DNA of 64,000 nucleotides from Octopus bimaculoides (GCF_001194135.2 NC_068997.1:48430460-48494459); one strand, 5' to 3'. Counted from the first letter of the stretch, positions 49,954 through 63,666 are shown. Numbers and translations: made by a program. Notes: generated by a model not told the origin, from the letters alone.

Positions 49954-50153
49954 NNNNNNNNNNNNNNNNNNNNNNNNNNNNNNNNNNNNNNNNNNNNNNN
50001 NNNNNNNNNNNNNNNNNNNNNNNNNNNNNNNNNNNNNNNNNNNNNNNNNNNNNNNNNNNNNNNNNNNNNNNNNNNNNNNNNNNNNNNNNNNNATATGTAT
50101 GTGTGTGTGTGTGTGTGAGTGTGTGTGTGTGTGTGTATGTGTGTGTGTGTAAG

Positions 50154-50187
<34 letters not shown>

Positions 50188-50599
50188 ACATTTCAATTGA
50201 GAGAGAGTCGGTAAAATTTCGGACAGATGATCTCGTAGTTCTGAGTTACATGCGTTTTGCACCTTGAGTTCAAATCACGCTGTCGAGGATGACTTTGCCA
50301 TCCAACATTCCAGAGTCGATAAAATAAAGTGCCAATCAAATACTGTGCGTAGGTTAATAGAACTGACTCACCTTCCTGAAATGGGAATCAATATTAACTT
50401 TAATGTAAGGACATTAACAGCAGAATTGGAGGGTGGAGAACAGGACGAAATTCATTGTGGTGTTGAGTTACCATCACTGAATGTGCTGAACTTCAAATCC
50501 AGCCGCCAGCCGTCTTTGACATTTCCGTTTCGTAATCGATAACACATGTCATTTTAATATATCACTTAATCCCTTCAAGGTTGATTTTGAAGTTTGAAG

Positions 50600-50830
50600 G
50601 TGTATGTGGTTTTTACTCTTGTTAGAAGCAGAAAGTTCTCAAATGGCCTTCACTAGCACACATATAACAACGGGGTCTTTTACATTGCTCCGTCTATGCT
50701 TTCTCAATGGGAGACAACCTGGTTACCAGAAGTCCCTGTAGACTCCATCCGATGACAATTTATGGCAGGTTATCTCTTCACTCACTACAGTAGGTCTTTG
50801 ATTTCTTTCCTATCGAAAGATTTCCTTGTA
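50600..50830 (-). mobile_element. Gag-like/ORF1 fragment with CCHC zinc knuckle (L1/Tx1-type, decayed)
   Basis: 50628-50669 minus reads CYMCASEGHLRTFC (CX2CX4HX4C), preceded by NLP*IVI...GLLV...RPR; multiple stops. Confidence 0.55.
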
Positions 50831-50879
50831 AGGAGACTGGCAAGTCCAAATAATAATGATAAAAATAATAAACTTAATA

Positions 50880-51082
50880 ATATTTTCTACTATAGGCACA
50901 AGGCCTGAAATTTTTGGGGAAGGTGATAAGCGGTTATATCGATCCCAGTGCTCAACTGGTACTTATTTTATCGATCCTGAAATGGTGAAAGATAAAGTCG
51001 ACCTTGGCGGAATTTGAACTCAGAACGTAAGGAGCCGGAGAAATGTCGTTAAGCATTTTGTCCGGTGCACTAACGTCGCCTT
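50880..51082 (-). mobile_element. SINE family A
   Basis: ttctactataggcacaaggcctgaaatt...gtcgaccttggcggaatttgaactcagaacgtaa...gtcgcctt. Confidence 0.85.
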
Positions 51083-51129
51083 AACAACAACAACAACAAC
51101 AACATATTCCGAGTTGAAGTATCAATGAG

Positions 51130-52375
51130 AACTACTGTCCTTTCCATACTTCTGGTTTCATGTGTCTGGTAATAAAGTTGGTTTCACAATCCCGTTGTTT
51201 CAGGGTCGCTCCTATTACATGGAATCATGAATAAGTGTTTTCTGTGAATTCTCCAATCTACGCAATAGTATCTGTTGTCCTGCAGGGAACGTTTTTTACT
51301 TGTATTAATGAAATAAATGCCAGCATGAAGCGTGTTAGAGTCTTTAATTATGCAGACGATATTAAGCTGTACCATGAGATATATATATATATATAAACAA
51401 CAACAGATAGTATATGCTATAGATTTTTCTTGAAATCTGACTTGGTAAAAATACAGCAATGGATTGCTGACTGGCAACTCAAGCTGTCTTTAGACAAGTG
51501 CATTATTATATGCTTGTGAACGAAAACCGTGGAATTTATCGATTCTATTCGCAACACCAACTTTAAGAAATCTGCTGGTGATTGTGACCGAGGCATTATT
51601 GTTACCAATGACCTGCGTTAGATAAACCATATTTCCAAAATCGTCAAAAAATCGAATGTCTCAGCATAATTCAATAAGGCCTATGTCAGCCGCTCACCAG
51701 CTGATCTATTTAAAGCTAGGCATAATTATGGTTTGTGCAAACTTATAGTTAGCATCTCCAGTTTGGAATCCCACCCTGTCCTGTATATCGATCTGTTGAA
51801 AGTTGTTCTGAAATGTGCAACCAGATGAACATTCCCCACCAGTCACTTACAAAATCTTGAACGTTTTGCTTCTCAGGACAAAAGTTTCAACGTCTAGCAG
51901 CTTAGTTGGTAGAAGCCCACAAGATTATCCACCATCGTTCCAACAACAATTTTTCGTCACCTATTTGAAATCAGTTCGTTTAACACTGGTGCTTATAAAA
52001 TCATCAAACAGCACAACACACCCATGACTGCCCAGAATATTCATGCTCAGAATTCTCGAAGCATGAAATAAACAGCCCGAATCCCTTTTTATCTGCCAGA
52101 ACACTGCATCCATCAAAAATTCCATACTTCCGCAAATTCGTCAACACTACTCCTCTTATATTCATGCGCCCATTCCTTTCTACGGCTCTTTTACTGTTCA
52201 ATTTACTGTCTTTTTGCGTTTTATTCTGTGTGCTGTGTATCTACTTTCATTTTCGTTGCTCTCCTTCTTTATTCAATTTATTGCCACTTCCAGTCCTCTC
52301 TTTTATCCCTTTCCGATGGGTCGTTGTACACCTGAACATCATATGCAATAAGCAGCTCGTAAATATTATTACATA
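51130..52375 (+). mobile_element. CR1-clade LINE RT and 3' region (pseudogene)
   Basis: IVSVVLQG...RVFNYADDIKLYHEI, a (TA)n interruption, then SDLVKIQQWIADWQLKLSLDKC...GIIVTNDLR*INHISKIVKK...ASPVWNP; many stops and frameshifts. Confidence 0.8.
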
Positions 52376-52677
52376 AAAAATCGATGTGAAGCTTAATTAA
52401 AATATATTGACTGTTCTTTCAACTAATGTTTGACTGTATATATAAATCTATACGAAAACAAACATGAATGTCTCTACCTCCCTCCCTTCCCCCTCTCTCT
52501 CCCTCCATCCTTCTGTCTGTCTGTCTGTCTGTCTGGTTGTCTGTCTGTCTGGTTGTCTGTCTGTCTGGTTGTCTGTCTGTCTGGTTGTCTGTCTGTCTGG
52601 TTGTCTGTTTCTGTCTCTGTCTGTCTGCCTCTTTCTCTCTCTCTCTCTCTGTATATCTATATCCATATATATGTCTA

Positions 52678-52719
<42 letters not shown>

Positions 52720-52811
52720 ACTGGCTGTCTGTCTGTCTCTATACATACGTACGCACACACACACACCTATACACACACATACACTTGTTTTGGGGATTTA
52801 CGCAAGAAAGT

Positions 52812-52856
<45 letters not shown>

Positions 52857-53387
52857 TGGATAATTCGTCGATGTGTATCAGCGAAACATTTAAAACAAAT
52901 AAACAGAAAATCCAACAAATAAAACATCTTCCGCAAAAACCGATCAAAATAACACAGGCTTTTAACTTCGAATAAAATTATCCAGTATTATTCCGCCCGA
53001 ATTGCACAGATACTCCCTTGTTACTCTGGCCACAGGAAATACGCTGAACCAATGATTGGCTGTTTGTTGAAAACCAAGAACCTACGACGCAAATATTTTT
53101 TTTTGCTGTTAATAAAATGTACGCCATACAATAAATAAACAACAAAATGTGTTCCAGGCAAGTAGTTGCATCAATTTAATTAATTATATCTTTTCTGCTA
53201 AATCTTATGGTCACGTGTTAACGAAAGAAATCCAGTCAATGACCCAGAATTGATAAAAGCTAAGTGTCTGGAAACAAGCAAAGATATTCCCCCGTGTAGC
53301 ATAGAAGCTTAATCAACAATTCTATATTTGCATAATCAACATATATCATACACTCTTCACTTACTAATGAATAATATAAAGTGCCGG

Positions 53388-53575
53388 AAGGCGGCAGAAT
53401 CGTCAGCGTACCGAGCAAAATGCTTAACAGCATTTCGTCCGGCATTACCTTCTGAGTTCAAATACCAACGGAGTCGACTTTGTCTTTCATCCTTGAGGGG
53501 TCAATAAGATAAGTAACAGTCGAGCATTCGGGTCGATGTTATCGGCTTGCCACCTCCGTCCAGTGTTGTTGGCCT
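53388..53575 (+). mobile_element. SINE family A
   Basis: aaggcggcagaatcgtcagcgtaccgagcaaaatgcttaacagcatttcgtcc...gagttcaaatacc...gtcgactttgtctttcatcc. Confidence 0.8.
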
Positions 53576-53619
53576 TGGGGAGGGGAAATGGTTGGGGCAG
53601 TAGTGAAATACCTTCATAT

Positions 53620-53806
53620 AATACAACACAGACATTCAAATTGATAGGGTTTTTCTAAGTATTTGGGCAGTACTTGTCAGCACAATCTTTTGGATTTCTC
53701 TGAGACATGGTTCTCCTGGGATATTATCTAGATGTTTCTGACCTCCCTTTCTTATCATACCTAGGGCGCCCACAATATAACAGGAACAATTCTCGCCTTA
53801 AAATGC

Positions 53807-53808
<2 letters not shown>
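53620..53808 (-). mobile_element. Second R4/Dong-clade RLE C-terminal fragment
   Basis: KARIVPV / (frameshift) IVGALGMIRKGGQKHLDNIPGEPCLREIQKIVLTSTAQILRKTLSI* (stop 53636-53638); the 5' end abuts (TAA)n at 53808. Confidence 0.8.
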
Positions 53809-53852
<44 letters not shown>

Positions 53853-54741
53853 GTAACTGGAGTCGATGTAATCGACTTAATCCCTAACCCGAAATTGTGC
53901 CGAAATAGCTGGCCTTGGGCCAAAATTTGAAACCATTTTTATTTTGAAGTCACAGTTATTCTTTTTGTCTCTAAAAAATAACATAACTCTACCTTTAATG
54001 AATATCTTTATAGTTCTAACTTTATTTATGTCCACTATGTATTGATTATCTTCTGTCTCTCAGTCTGTCTGTCTGTCTCTGTCTGTCTGTCTCTGTCTGT
54101 CTGTCTCTGTCTGTCTCTGTCTGTCTGTCTGTCTTCTCCTCTCTCCTACCGCTGAATCACCACAAAGAAGTACTTTAAAATGACAAGACACTTACTTCCT
54201 ATTTCGACACCTTGGCGAGATTATTCCGAAGAAACAGTTCTGGCAATCATTGCTGCTGTGAAGAATATTGTAACAATTTACCGTTTTCTTTGAATGTTTC
54301 CAGCCTCCCAGAAGCAATATACGTTAATTGTTGTGTCTAGATTAACGACATTAGGAAACAAACTTCAGTTTTTTTTTGTACTTTTAGCGATTTATGTGAC
54401 GCATTCAAACATATGGACACATATATACACATATATACATACACACACACATACAATGATGCACACACTCACACACTCTCTCTCTTTCTGTCTCCCATAC
54501 AGTCACGCAAGCATACAAAGATTCACTAATGCATTCGCTCACGCACACACTTTTACTCACACACACACACACACCTACACACACACACGCAGATACAAAC
54601 ATACACACAAATACACACTCACAAACTCGCTCACATACATACTCTCTCACACACGTACATACAAATCGTTAAACATATCATAGGAAAGACACCCACAAAG
54701 GCACAAACACAGACACACAGATACACACACACACTCACACA

Positions 54742-54789
<48 letters not shown>

Positions 54790-54820
54790 CACACTTTTCT
54801 CTTTCCCTCTCTGTCTTTCC

Positions 54821-54873
<53 letters not shown>

Positions 54874-54889
54874 GTCTCTTCCTTTCGTG

Positions 54890-55975
54890 TGTAAAACAAC
54901 TTTCGATAGGAACATGTTCAGAATAGGTTGTATAAATTTACGCGGCTTGGCGTCGCCTTGGAAACAAGGGTACCTGTTAAATGACATCAAGTCACAGAAT
55001 GTGCATATCAAAGCCATTAGTGAGACCAGACTCCACAACCCGCGGGCCCTCCAGCACATTTTCGGCGGACATTTCGACATTTATTTCTCTCCGTGTCTGC
55101 CGAGAATAGGCGGAGGTGGTACTGCGGTGCTTCTTCGGAAGAGTGTGGACCTCAAAGTAAGAACAATATTCTTAGACCCGGAGGGTAGGCTGGTCGTCTT
55201 GGATGTCGATGACAGTAATGGGTGTGCTTTTCGACTGTTATAGATAGATAGATAGATAGATAGAAAGATAGATAGATAGATACACATATGTAAACCATAT
55301 ACACAATGATATCAATTCAATTTGAATGGCAGTATTAAGCAATAAAGCGTGTTTGCTCAGTTCAATCTTTCTTGTTTACGCTTACACACATGCATGCATA
55401 CATACATACATACATACATACATACATGCATACATACATACATGCATACATACATACATGCATGCATACACAGTTATGTTATAGTTTATGCGCCGTCCTT
55501 AACAGGTCGGCCAGATTTCTTTCGACGTCTAGAGGTTTTCCTGGGAACGTCTCGACCTTTACTTTTAGAGGGGGATTGGAGCTCTACCTTGGACACGCAT
55601 CTAGATTACGTGGGCAGAGATAGTTATAGGAGGGGATGTAAATGTCTCAAAGACCTGCTCAAAGTTTGCAACTATCTGACAAGTACCGACTGGACCACAC
55701 GAATGTGCCTATGTGGACATGGAGCAACCGCATCACGTCATCCAGATCGTATTTAGAGTATTCTATAGGACAGTGGATAGAGATAGTGTAGGTTGTCCGC
55801 AATTCCATATAGTCAGCTACACAGATCACAAATTTCTGACTTGTACGCTTCACTTAGATAAGAGTCACAGACAGGTTCCCGGTTACTGGAAGCTGAACGC
55901 GTCGTTCACGGCACGCCAGGTTTACAGCGACCGGATTAGAAGATTAGTTACGAGAGCATTGACGGGCGCTATGAC
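54890..55975 (+). mobile_element. L1/Tx1-clade LINE ORF2 APE endonuclease region (pseudogene, interrupted)
   Basis: MFRIGCINLRGL...AISETRL...GTAVLLRK...DPEGRLVVLDV...FRL [insertion] IVYAP...LEGDWS...DR...YTDHKF...GYWKLNAS: the APE motifs in order, plus the GYWKLN motif of L1/Tx1. Confidence 0.9.
55244..55476 (-). repeat. 233-bp inverted copy of 56242-56456 inserted with 8-bp TSD
   Basis: TGTTATAG at 55236-55243 and 55477-55484; the unique ~110-bp core is identical to the reverse complement of the neighbouring sequence. Confidence 0.85.
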
Positions 55976-56096
55976 TGCCTTGACTGCAATATAGCGGTGA
56001 TCGTACTTGAGTTCGAGTCAATGGTCACTGATTGATTGATGTTTGTATGTATGTATGTATATTTACATAGATACATACATAGATAGATAGATACAT

Positions 56097-56152
<56 letters not shown>

Positions 56153-56423
56153 GTACACACACACATAAACTGATATAAACTTTGATAATCTTGGGTCTGA
56201 TGAAGTCAGAATCCAAGAATACATACATACATACACATATATGTGTATGCATGCATGTATGTATGTATGCATGTATGTATGTATGCATGTATGTATGTAT
56301 GTATGTATGCATGCATGTGTGTAAGCGTAAACAAGAAAGATTGAACTGAGCAAACACGCTTTATTGCTTAATACTGCCATTCAAATTGAATTGATATCAT
56401 TGTGTATATGGTTTACATATGTG

Positions 56424-56456
<33 letters not shown>

Positions 56457-57289
56457 NNNNNNNNNNNNNNNNNNNNNNNNNNNNNNNNNNNNNNNNNNNN
56501 NNNNNNNNNNNNNNNNNNNNNNNNNNNNNNNNNNNNNNNNNNNNNNNNNNNNNNNNNNNNNNNNNNNNNNNNNNNNNNNNNNNNNNNNNNNNNNNNNNNN
56601 NNNNNNNNNNNNNNNNNNNNNNNNNNNNNNNNNNNNNNNATGTATGTATGTATATATATATGTGTGTGTGCATGTGTGTGTGTGTGTGTGCATGTGTGTG
56701 TGTGTATATATATATTATATATATATATATGTATACACCTCCCCACACATATATATACAATGCTGAGAGAGAAAGAGAAGGGGAGGCGTAGGGGGAACCA
56801 GTGGACAGATTACATAAATACAACAACGTTATTCGAATCCTATTAATTAACTGATTGATATGAAAGCAATTTGTTTGATGTGAGACACAATATTAATTTA
56901 GTTACATCGCATTATCTAAATTGTGCTTAACCAAGGAATCATTATATCTATCACGTGACGATTGTTGCATAAATGAATTGGTAGAGCATCAAATAATATG
57001 CCATGGCATGTCTATTTACTTCTCTTTAGGTCTTGATTTCAAATCCCACCAGCGATTGGTTAGCTATATCATTTATTCTCCCAGGGCCATTAACATGATA
57101 TTCAATCAAACATTAGGATCAATATAATCGATTGGCTCCCTGTCAATAAATTTCTGACTGTGTGAATACGTTAGAAATAATTATGTTTGCTATGTTAAGA
57201 CCGGTGGTTAGCTAAGTAGTCGGTGCATCGAACAACATGTCATGAAATACATAGTTGCCTCCCTTTACAGTCTTTAATCAAATCCTGCC

Positions 57290-57440
57290 AGAGTTTCTTT
57301 TCCCTCTTAATCTTCCCTCACTTTTTCTTCCTTGTTTCAGTCACTTAACTGCGGCCATGCTGGAGCACTGCCTCGAAAAGAATTTAGTTGAAAGAATTGA
57401 CCCCAGCACTGATATTTTTAAAACTCTGTTACTTATTCTA
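57290..57440 (-). mobile_element. SINE family B 3' end
   Basis: cttgtttcagtcacttaactgcggccatgctggagcactgcctcgaa...gaccccagcact. Confidence 0.75.
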
Positions 57441-58199
57441 TCGTCCCATCGCGTAAAAATGCAAAGATGTTGCCTTCAAATGTTATGAAGGGCGTTTATG
57501 TACCTTCTCGACCAAATCCAAACGGAACACGTCGACCCTGTATATATTTCTATTGCAACCGACTTACACTTACACAGAAGATGTGTCGAAGCAGCTGTAG
57601 TCTATTGAACTGAATATAGGAAATATTTATTGCAGATTAACGGTAAGATAAAATGTAATGTTGAAGCAAACTGGCGTCTGTGCCTCGCTTTTAGACCTGG
57701 TAATAGTATCACAATAAACTGTACTAAGATAACAGTGATAATAGCAGTTTCAAACTTCGGCTGAAGATTAGTAATTTTAGGCAGCGGTGTTAGTCGCAAA
57801 ATTATATAATTTATGGTTTAAGTTTGCATGTTTTCCGAATAACGATTGAAGTTGAATAATGTTTCTTATATATTTGACAGGATTAATAATATTCATTGAT
57901 TAATCATTAACTGTATTCGTACTATATATATATTTCAAGAAGCAAATCAATTCTATAAATCTTTCCTCCAACGCAGCATAGCAAGCGAGCTTGTTCGTTA
58001 CTGTATTATGCGGAGACTTCTATCAGAAATCAACTTAATCAATATCAGAGTACAATTTTGTAGAGTTGTCCGAAAGTCGGATTGATTTCTTCTCGGTTTT
58101 TGTTCCAACTCATTCTTTCCTAAATTCAATTCATCCGACTCCAACTTTCGTTTTCATTCTTCAGAATACAATAAATAGAGTAAGTACCAGGCGTGTTCT

Positions 58200-58378
58200 C
58201 GCGTACATATGGTTGTGATGCATGTGCCTGGTGTACCCTTATCATCCTGCGTAAAACACTTTCAATACCATAAAAATAAGAGCATCACAACAAACCACAG
58301 CACATACCCAAAGCACACAGAGCTGCGCTCGGTAATGCAGTGAAAACACGTGATAAAAGTAAGATTACTGAATAATAA
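58200..58378 (+). mobile_element. Chimera of element D interior and R4/Dong 3' end
   Basis: 58200-58244 matches about 13725-13770; 58244-58273 reads ILRKTLSIP*; 3' UTR as at 945-1045; (TAA)n tail. Confidence 0.8.
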
Positions 58379-58406
58379 TAATAATAATAACTACAACAAC
58401 AACACC

Positions 58407-58448
<42 letters not shown>

Positions 58449-59775
58449 NNNNNNNNNNATATATATATATATATATAGACATATATTTAATCTTACCCAC
58501 TATAATGTGAACCATTCTGTACTCAAAGTTTATTACTAGTCAAACTAGGATCATGCGACTGTAGTGTCTCATCGCATGAATGTAAGAAACGTCAACTGTT
58601 CAGCTAACGCTTACACGACAATGTGAATGTCATCAGTCAAGTGACTGGGACATAGAAATCTAATCTCCATTCCAAGAAAAACAGACATAAAACCGACATA
58701 AAAAAACGTTATAAAACAGTGACAAACGGCTAAGAAAACGAAAAGCGAAACACCCTTTACATCATCAGATGGCATTTCATTATAATTTCAAACTAAATGT
58801 TTCGTTTGAATTGAGTTATAATGTATCAATTCAAACTTCAGTTGGTTCTATAATGAGGTAAAAATAAATACAAATTAGACAAGACGAACACAAAATATGT
58901 TCACGCCATTTTGAAAGTGAATTTTCTTTCTTTCTTTCTGTTGAGTCAATGAAGTATAATAAAATAATTAATAAATAATTTATCAAACAAGTAATTAGAC
59001 AAACAAACCATAAATAACAACGTTTATTTGCATATGTTGTGTTAGTAATTTAAAAAAAAATCAAATGTTAGTTCAGAATAATGATATAACCATCATCATC
59101 ATCATCCTCATCCTCACCACCNNNNNNNNNNNNNNNNNNNNNNNNNNNNNNNNNNNNNNNNNNNNNNNNNNNNNNNNNNNNNNNNNNNNNNNNNNNNNNN
59201 NNNNNNNNNNNNNNNNNNNNNNNNNNNNNNNNNNNNNNNNNNNNNNNNNNNNNNNNNNNNNNNNNNNNNNNNNNNNNNNNNNNNNNNNNNNNNNNNNNNN
59301 NNNNNNNNNNNNNNNNNNNNNNNNNNNNNNNNNNNNNNNNNNNNNNNNNNNNNNNNNNNNNNNNNNNNNNNNNNNNNNNNNNNNNNNNNNNNNNNNNNNN
59401 NNNNNNNNNNNNNNNNNNNNNNNNNNNNNNNNNNNNNNNNNNNNNNNNNNNNNNNNNNNNNNNNNNNNNNNNNNNNNNNNNNNNNNNNNNNNNNNNNNNN
59501 NNNNNNNNNNNNNNNNNNNNNNNNNNNNNNNNNNNNNNNNNNNNNNNNNNNNNNNNNNNNNNNNNNNNNNNNNNNNNNNNNNNNNNNNNNNNNNNNNNNN
59601 NNNNNNNNNNNNNNNNNNNNNNNNNNNNNNNNNNNNNNNNNNNNNNNNNNNNNNNNNNNNNNNNNNNNNNNNNNNNNNNNNNNNNNNNNNNNNNNNNNNN
59701 NNNNNNNNNNNNNNNNNNNNNNNNNNNNNNNNNNNNNNNNNNNNNNNNNNNNNNNNNNTATATATAGTCGACACG

Positions 59776-59991
59776 CGATGGGGTGCTGAAAAGCTTCTGG
59801 CATTAAGTGCGTCGTGAAAGGCCTGGTTGGAGGCCCAACCTTCTGAGTCCTTTTACAGGGATTGCATAAACTGAACGACTACTGCAATAAGTGTGTGAAT
59901 CTGAGAGGGAAATATGTTGAATAAAATCATAATTAAGTGATCCTCCTGTATTTTCTTTTACCCAAAGCCAGAAACTTTTCAGCACACCCCG
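59776..59991 (+). mobile_element. Mariner mini-element (TIR, transposase C-terminus, TIR)
   Basis: TIRs ggggtgctgaaaagcttctggc / gccagaaacttttcagcacacccc; 59856-59924 reads QGLHKLNDYCNKCVNLRGKYVE*. Confidence 0.85.
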
Positions 59992-62890
59992 TGTGTGTGT
60001 GTGTTTGTATGTGTGTGTAGATAGATAGATATGCATATATACACATACATACACACACAGAGACACACATATATATATATTTAGATATATGCATATACAT
60101 ACATAAACACACTTATATATATGCATATATGTACACTTATGTACACACGTACGTACACACATACATAGTCTACAGTTTATGAAAATATTTGAACGTACAA
60201 AAACACACATATGCATGCATAATGCAAAACGCTGAATACTACTTCTTCCTAGTTTTATCCATCGATGTAATATGTAAAAGAACACCAAAGGAAAAATATA
60301 AGCAAATGTTTAATTTTTATCTGTCTGTCAACAGAAACATTAATTACCCGTACTGGTTTCGGTACTAATTCCTATTCCATCAGGGACCACGTACACGTCT
60401 TTTCTTCAGACGGAGAGAAATATTGCTTATAGCTATTTGTTTTTACCAGATATTACTTTGCTAAATCGGTTTGTCTTGATCTGCGTAATTGTACTTCAAG
60501 ATCTAATTAGAAGCGAAAACGCTGCTTCAAGTTCCAATTAGTATCCGGTTAGTGATGACTCAAACTATTGAGACATATCTACTCTTTCATTTCGGTTTAT
60601 TCATTCGAGTGCATTTGAGTAAAGTTAATCATCTAGATATACTGAAAACAGCATCATCTACATATCTATTTAGCTATAGCTATAATTTAGTACATATGCA
60701 TTCATACATGCATATATATAAGTATAGATACAGATTGACAGATATTTATATACACAGTATGATAATTAAAATATATTTTGTGAATGATTCTTTAAACTTT
60801 CTGCCTCAGTATTTCACGTGTTACATAGACGATCATCAACGGAGAAACAAGTGTCTTATAATCACATGTACCTACATAGTATCAAGGCTAGAAGTGTTTT
60901 CGTAAAAGAAACGAAATCCAAAAGAGTGAATAATATGTTTCTTTACAATATCTCACGGAGAATATATGCAAATAGATTAATATTATAAAGGGCTCTACTC
61001 CTTTAAACAAAGATTTTAATCTTTGTTTTGCAATATATAAAAAGCTATATTGAATAGTAATGTAAATGTTAATGTGTTACAATCACGATAGAGCCGATAT
61101 TTTGAGCCAGAAAGCTAATTAAAAACATATAAAGTTAAACATGTACGTATATTTTATATGATATAAGCTGCTGTCAATGGAAAGGTCATTAATCCATTTG
61201 ATAGGAGTAACTCATTATTGGATTTACACGCACGAGTCCCCAAGCTGTATGAAGCTTGGAATCTCCTTGTTAAGCAATTGTACTAATTCTCATAGAAACT
61301 GAAGAACGTGCATGTTTGATATTTTAAGGTTCCTGTAGGTCTTAAGTCCCCAAACTGAAGATTATTTCGTTTATGCTTACATCCATCGATAGCTTCTCAT
61401 AGCCAGACAGACATCAATGTTATCACGACTATCACTGTCCTACTGATATAGAAGAGTAAAGCCAGCTGAGGCGGGATGCGAACTTAGAAACTAAACGAAC
61501 TTTAAAAATGTCTAATGCTTTAGCGATTCGGCCATTGTTGGTTAAATAAAAACTTCTCTTTCCTCTTCTTCTTCTCCCTCTCTCTATATGTATGCGTATA
61601 TACATGCATGCACACACACACACGCACGCACACTCACACACACACACACACACACGCATACACACGTACGCACACACGCACACATATATATATACATACA
61701 TATACAAACATAAATATATGTGTATATATACATACATACATACATATATATGTATANNNNNNNNNNNNNNNNNNNNNNNNNNNNNNNNNNNNNNNNNNNN
61801 NNNNNNNNNNNNNNNNNNNNNNNNNNNNNNNNNNNNNNNNNNNNNNNNNNNNNNNNNNNNNNNNNNNNNNNNNNNNNNNNNNNNNNNNNNNNNNNNNNNN
61901 NNNNNNNNNNNNNNNNNNNNNNNNNNNNNNNNNNNNNNNNNNNNNNNNNNNNNNNNNNNNNNNNNNNNNNNNNNNNNNNNNNNNNNNNNNNNNNNNNNNN
62001 NNNNNNNNNNNNNNNNNNNNNNNNNNNNNNNNNNNNNNNNNNNNNNNNNNNNNNNNNNNNNNNNNNNNNNNNNNNNNNNNNNNNNNNNNNNNNNNNNNNN
62101 NNNNNNNNNNNNNNNNNNNNNNNNNNNNNNNNNNNNNNNNNNNNNNNNNNNNNNNNNNNNNNNNNNNNNNNNNNNNNNNNNNNNNNNNNNNNNNNNNNNN
62201 NNNNNNNNNNNNNNNNNNNNNNNNNNNNNNNNNNNNNNNNNNNNNNNNNNNNNNNNNNNNNNNNNNNNNNNNNNNNNATATATGTATATACACAAACACA
62301 CATATACATACATATATATTTATGAGTGTGTGAACGTTTGTGCGTAAGCGGGTATCTGTGCGTGTTTATATGTATGTGTACATATATGTAATTATCTTTA
62401 TCTATAGTAAATATACAGACACACATACACACACATATACACATATAAACATAAGAGTGTGCATTTGTGCCTTTCTGTTTGTATGTGTATATATAAATGT
62501 ATGTACGTATGTATGTATGTATGCATGTATGCATGTATGTATGCATAAATAACTACAAAAATAGTAACACTAATGAAAGAAAGTTTCTCATTTACACATA
62601 AAACTGTGAGACAAAAACTCATTTATCATTGATGCCAGATCGATTACAAGCTGTCAGAAAGAGTGTTTTGATGAATAAAAGACTCGGGCTGAGCTCTGTG
62701 GTTAAGAAATCGCTTTGCAGCCATATGATTCCTCGTTCGATCCTACCACGGCGCACCTTGAGCCAGAAGTGTCTTCTACACTGTAGCCTACTCAATGTCT
62801 TCGTAGTAGATGTAAGCAGCGGAGACCCGTTGTTTATTGTGTATGTATATATTTGTAATATATATATATATATATATATATACGTATGTA

Positions 62891-63525
62891 GGAGGTATGA
62901 TCAATAGGTATCCGGACAGTTGTTATATTAACGAAGCTAAAACACGCAGAATGAAACCGCTTGGCAAAGATTGACCTTGAACTCTGCTGTGCATGCGCAC
63001 TAAGTATTAACGTTGAAGCTCACTGCCGCTGTTTACAGCTGTGCTTGGAAGGTAGGTGTGTAGCGTGTGATCGTCGTATTGACTATGACAGAGTAAGTTG
63101 TCATGGCGACACCTGCTCAGAGGCCTACGCAAAGTTGCAGAACGTGTATGGAGAGGAGTGTATGAGCCGCGCACAAGTGCATGAGTGAGTCAGACAATTC
63201 CAAGATGGCTGAAAAAATGTCGATAGTCACGAACGTTCTGAGGGACCCGCAACCAGCAGAACTAAGAAAAACATTACAAACGTGCGTGCAGATTTGAGGG
63301 GAAATCGAATCACCATCCGTGAGTGCAGATTATGTGCACTCACGGGTGTGCAGATTAGTTACTGTTCAGTTCAGTCTATTATCACTGAAGATTTGGGTAT
63401 GAGACGCGTGTCTGCCAAGTTTGTGCCAAAACTGCTTTCAGCTGACCAAAAAGACACTCCAGTTTCAGTTGCACAAGATCTCCTTGATTGTGTCGAGAAC
63501 GGTGAAAAACTTTTGAAAACTTTGC
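62891..63525 (+). mobile_element. Mariner transposon 5' fragment (transposase pseudogene, truncated before the catalytic D)
   Basis: TA+ggaggtatgatcaataggtatccggac TIR-like start; CSEAYAKLQNVYGEECMSRAQVHE*...RNRITIRE...SVQSIITEDLGMRRVSAKFVPKLLSADQK (WVPR-type linker); cut off shortly before the (CA)n array. Confidence 0.85.
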
Positions 63526-63552
63526 GTAGACTTCTGTCTGTGTATGCATTTA

Positions 63553-63666
<114 letters not shown>

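Noticed and set aside
45170-56215. Other CTGANGA words (about 45177, 47560, 49100, 56198; minus at 15820, 41390, 58765, 60405)
   Set aside because: None has stem II, GAAA, UH and stem I in order.
58150-58196. 15-nt microexon candidate (ttcttcag|aatacaataaataga|gtaagt)
   Set aside because: The donor lies in atagagtaagtaccaggc, which matches the SINE B tail motif, so it is likelier a repeat remnant.
57560-61460. Other small exon candidates (57575-57610 minus, 57636-57642 plus, 60335-60361 plus, about 61380-61440 minus)
   Set aside because: Splice-like words are common by chance in AT-rich DNA; no homology or consistent reading frame.
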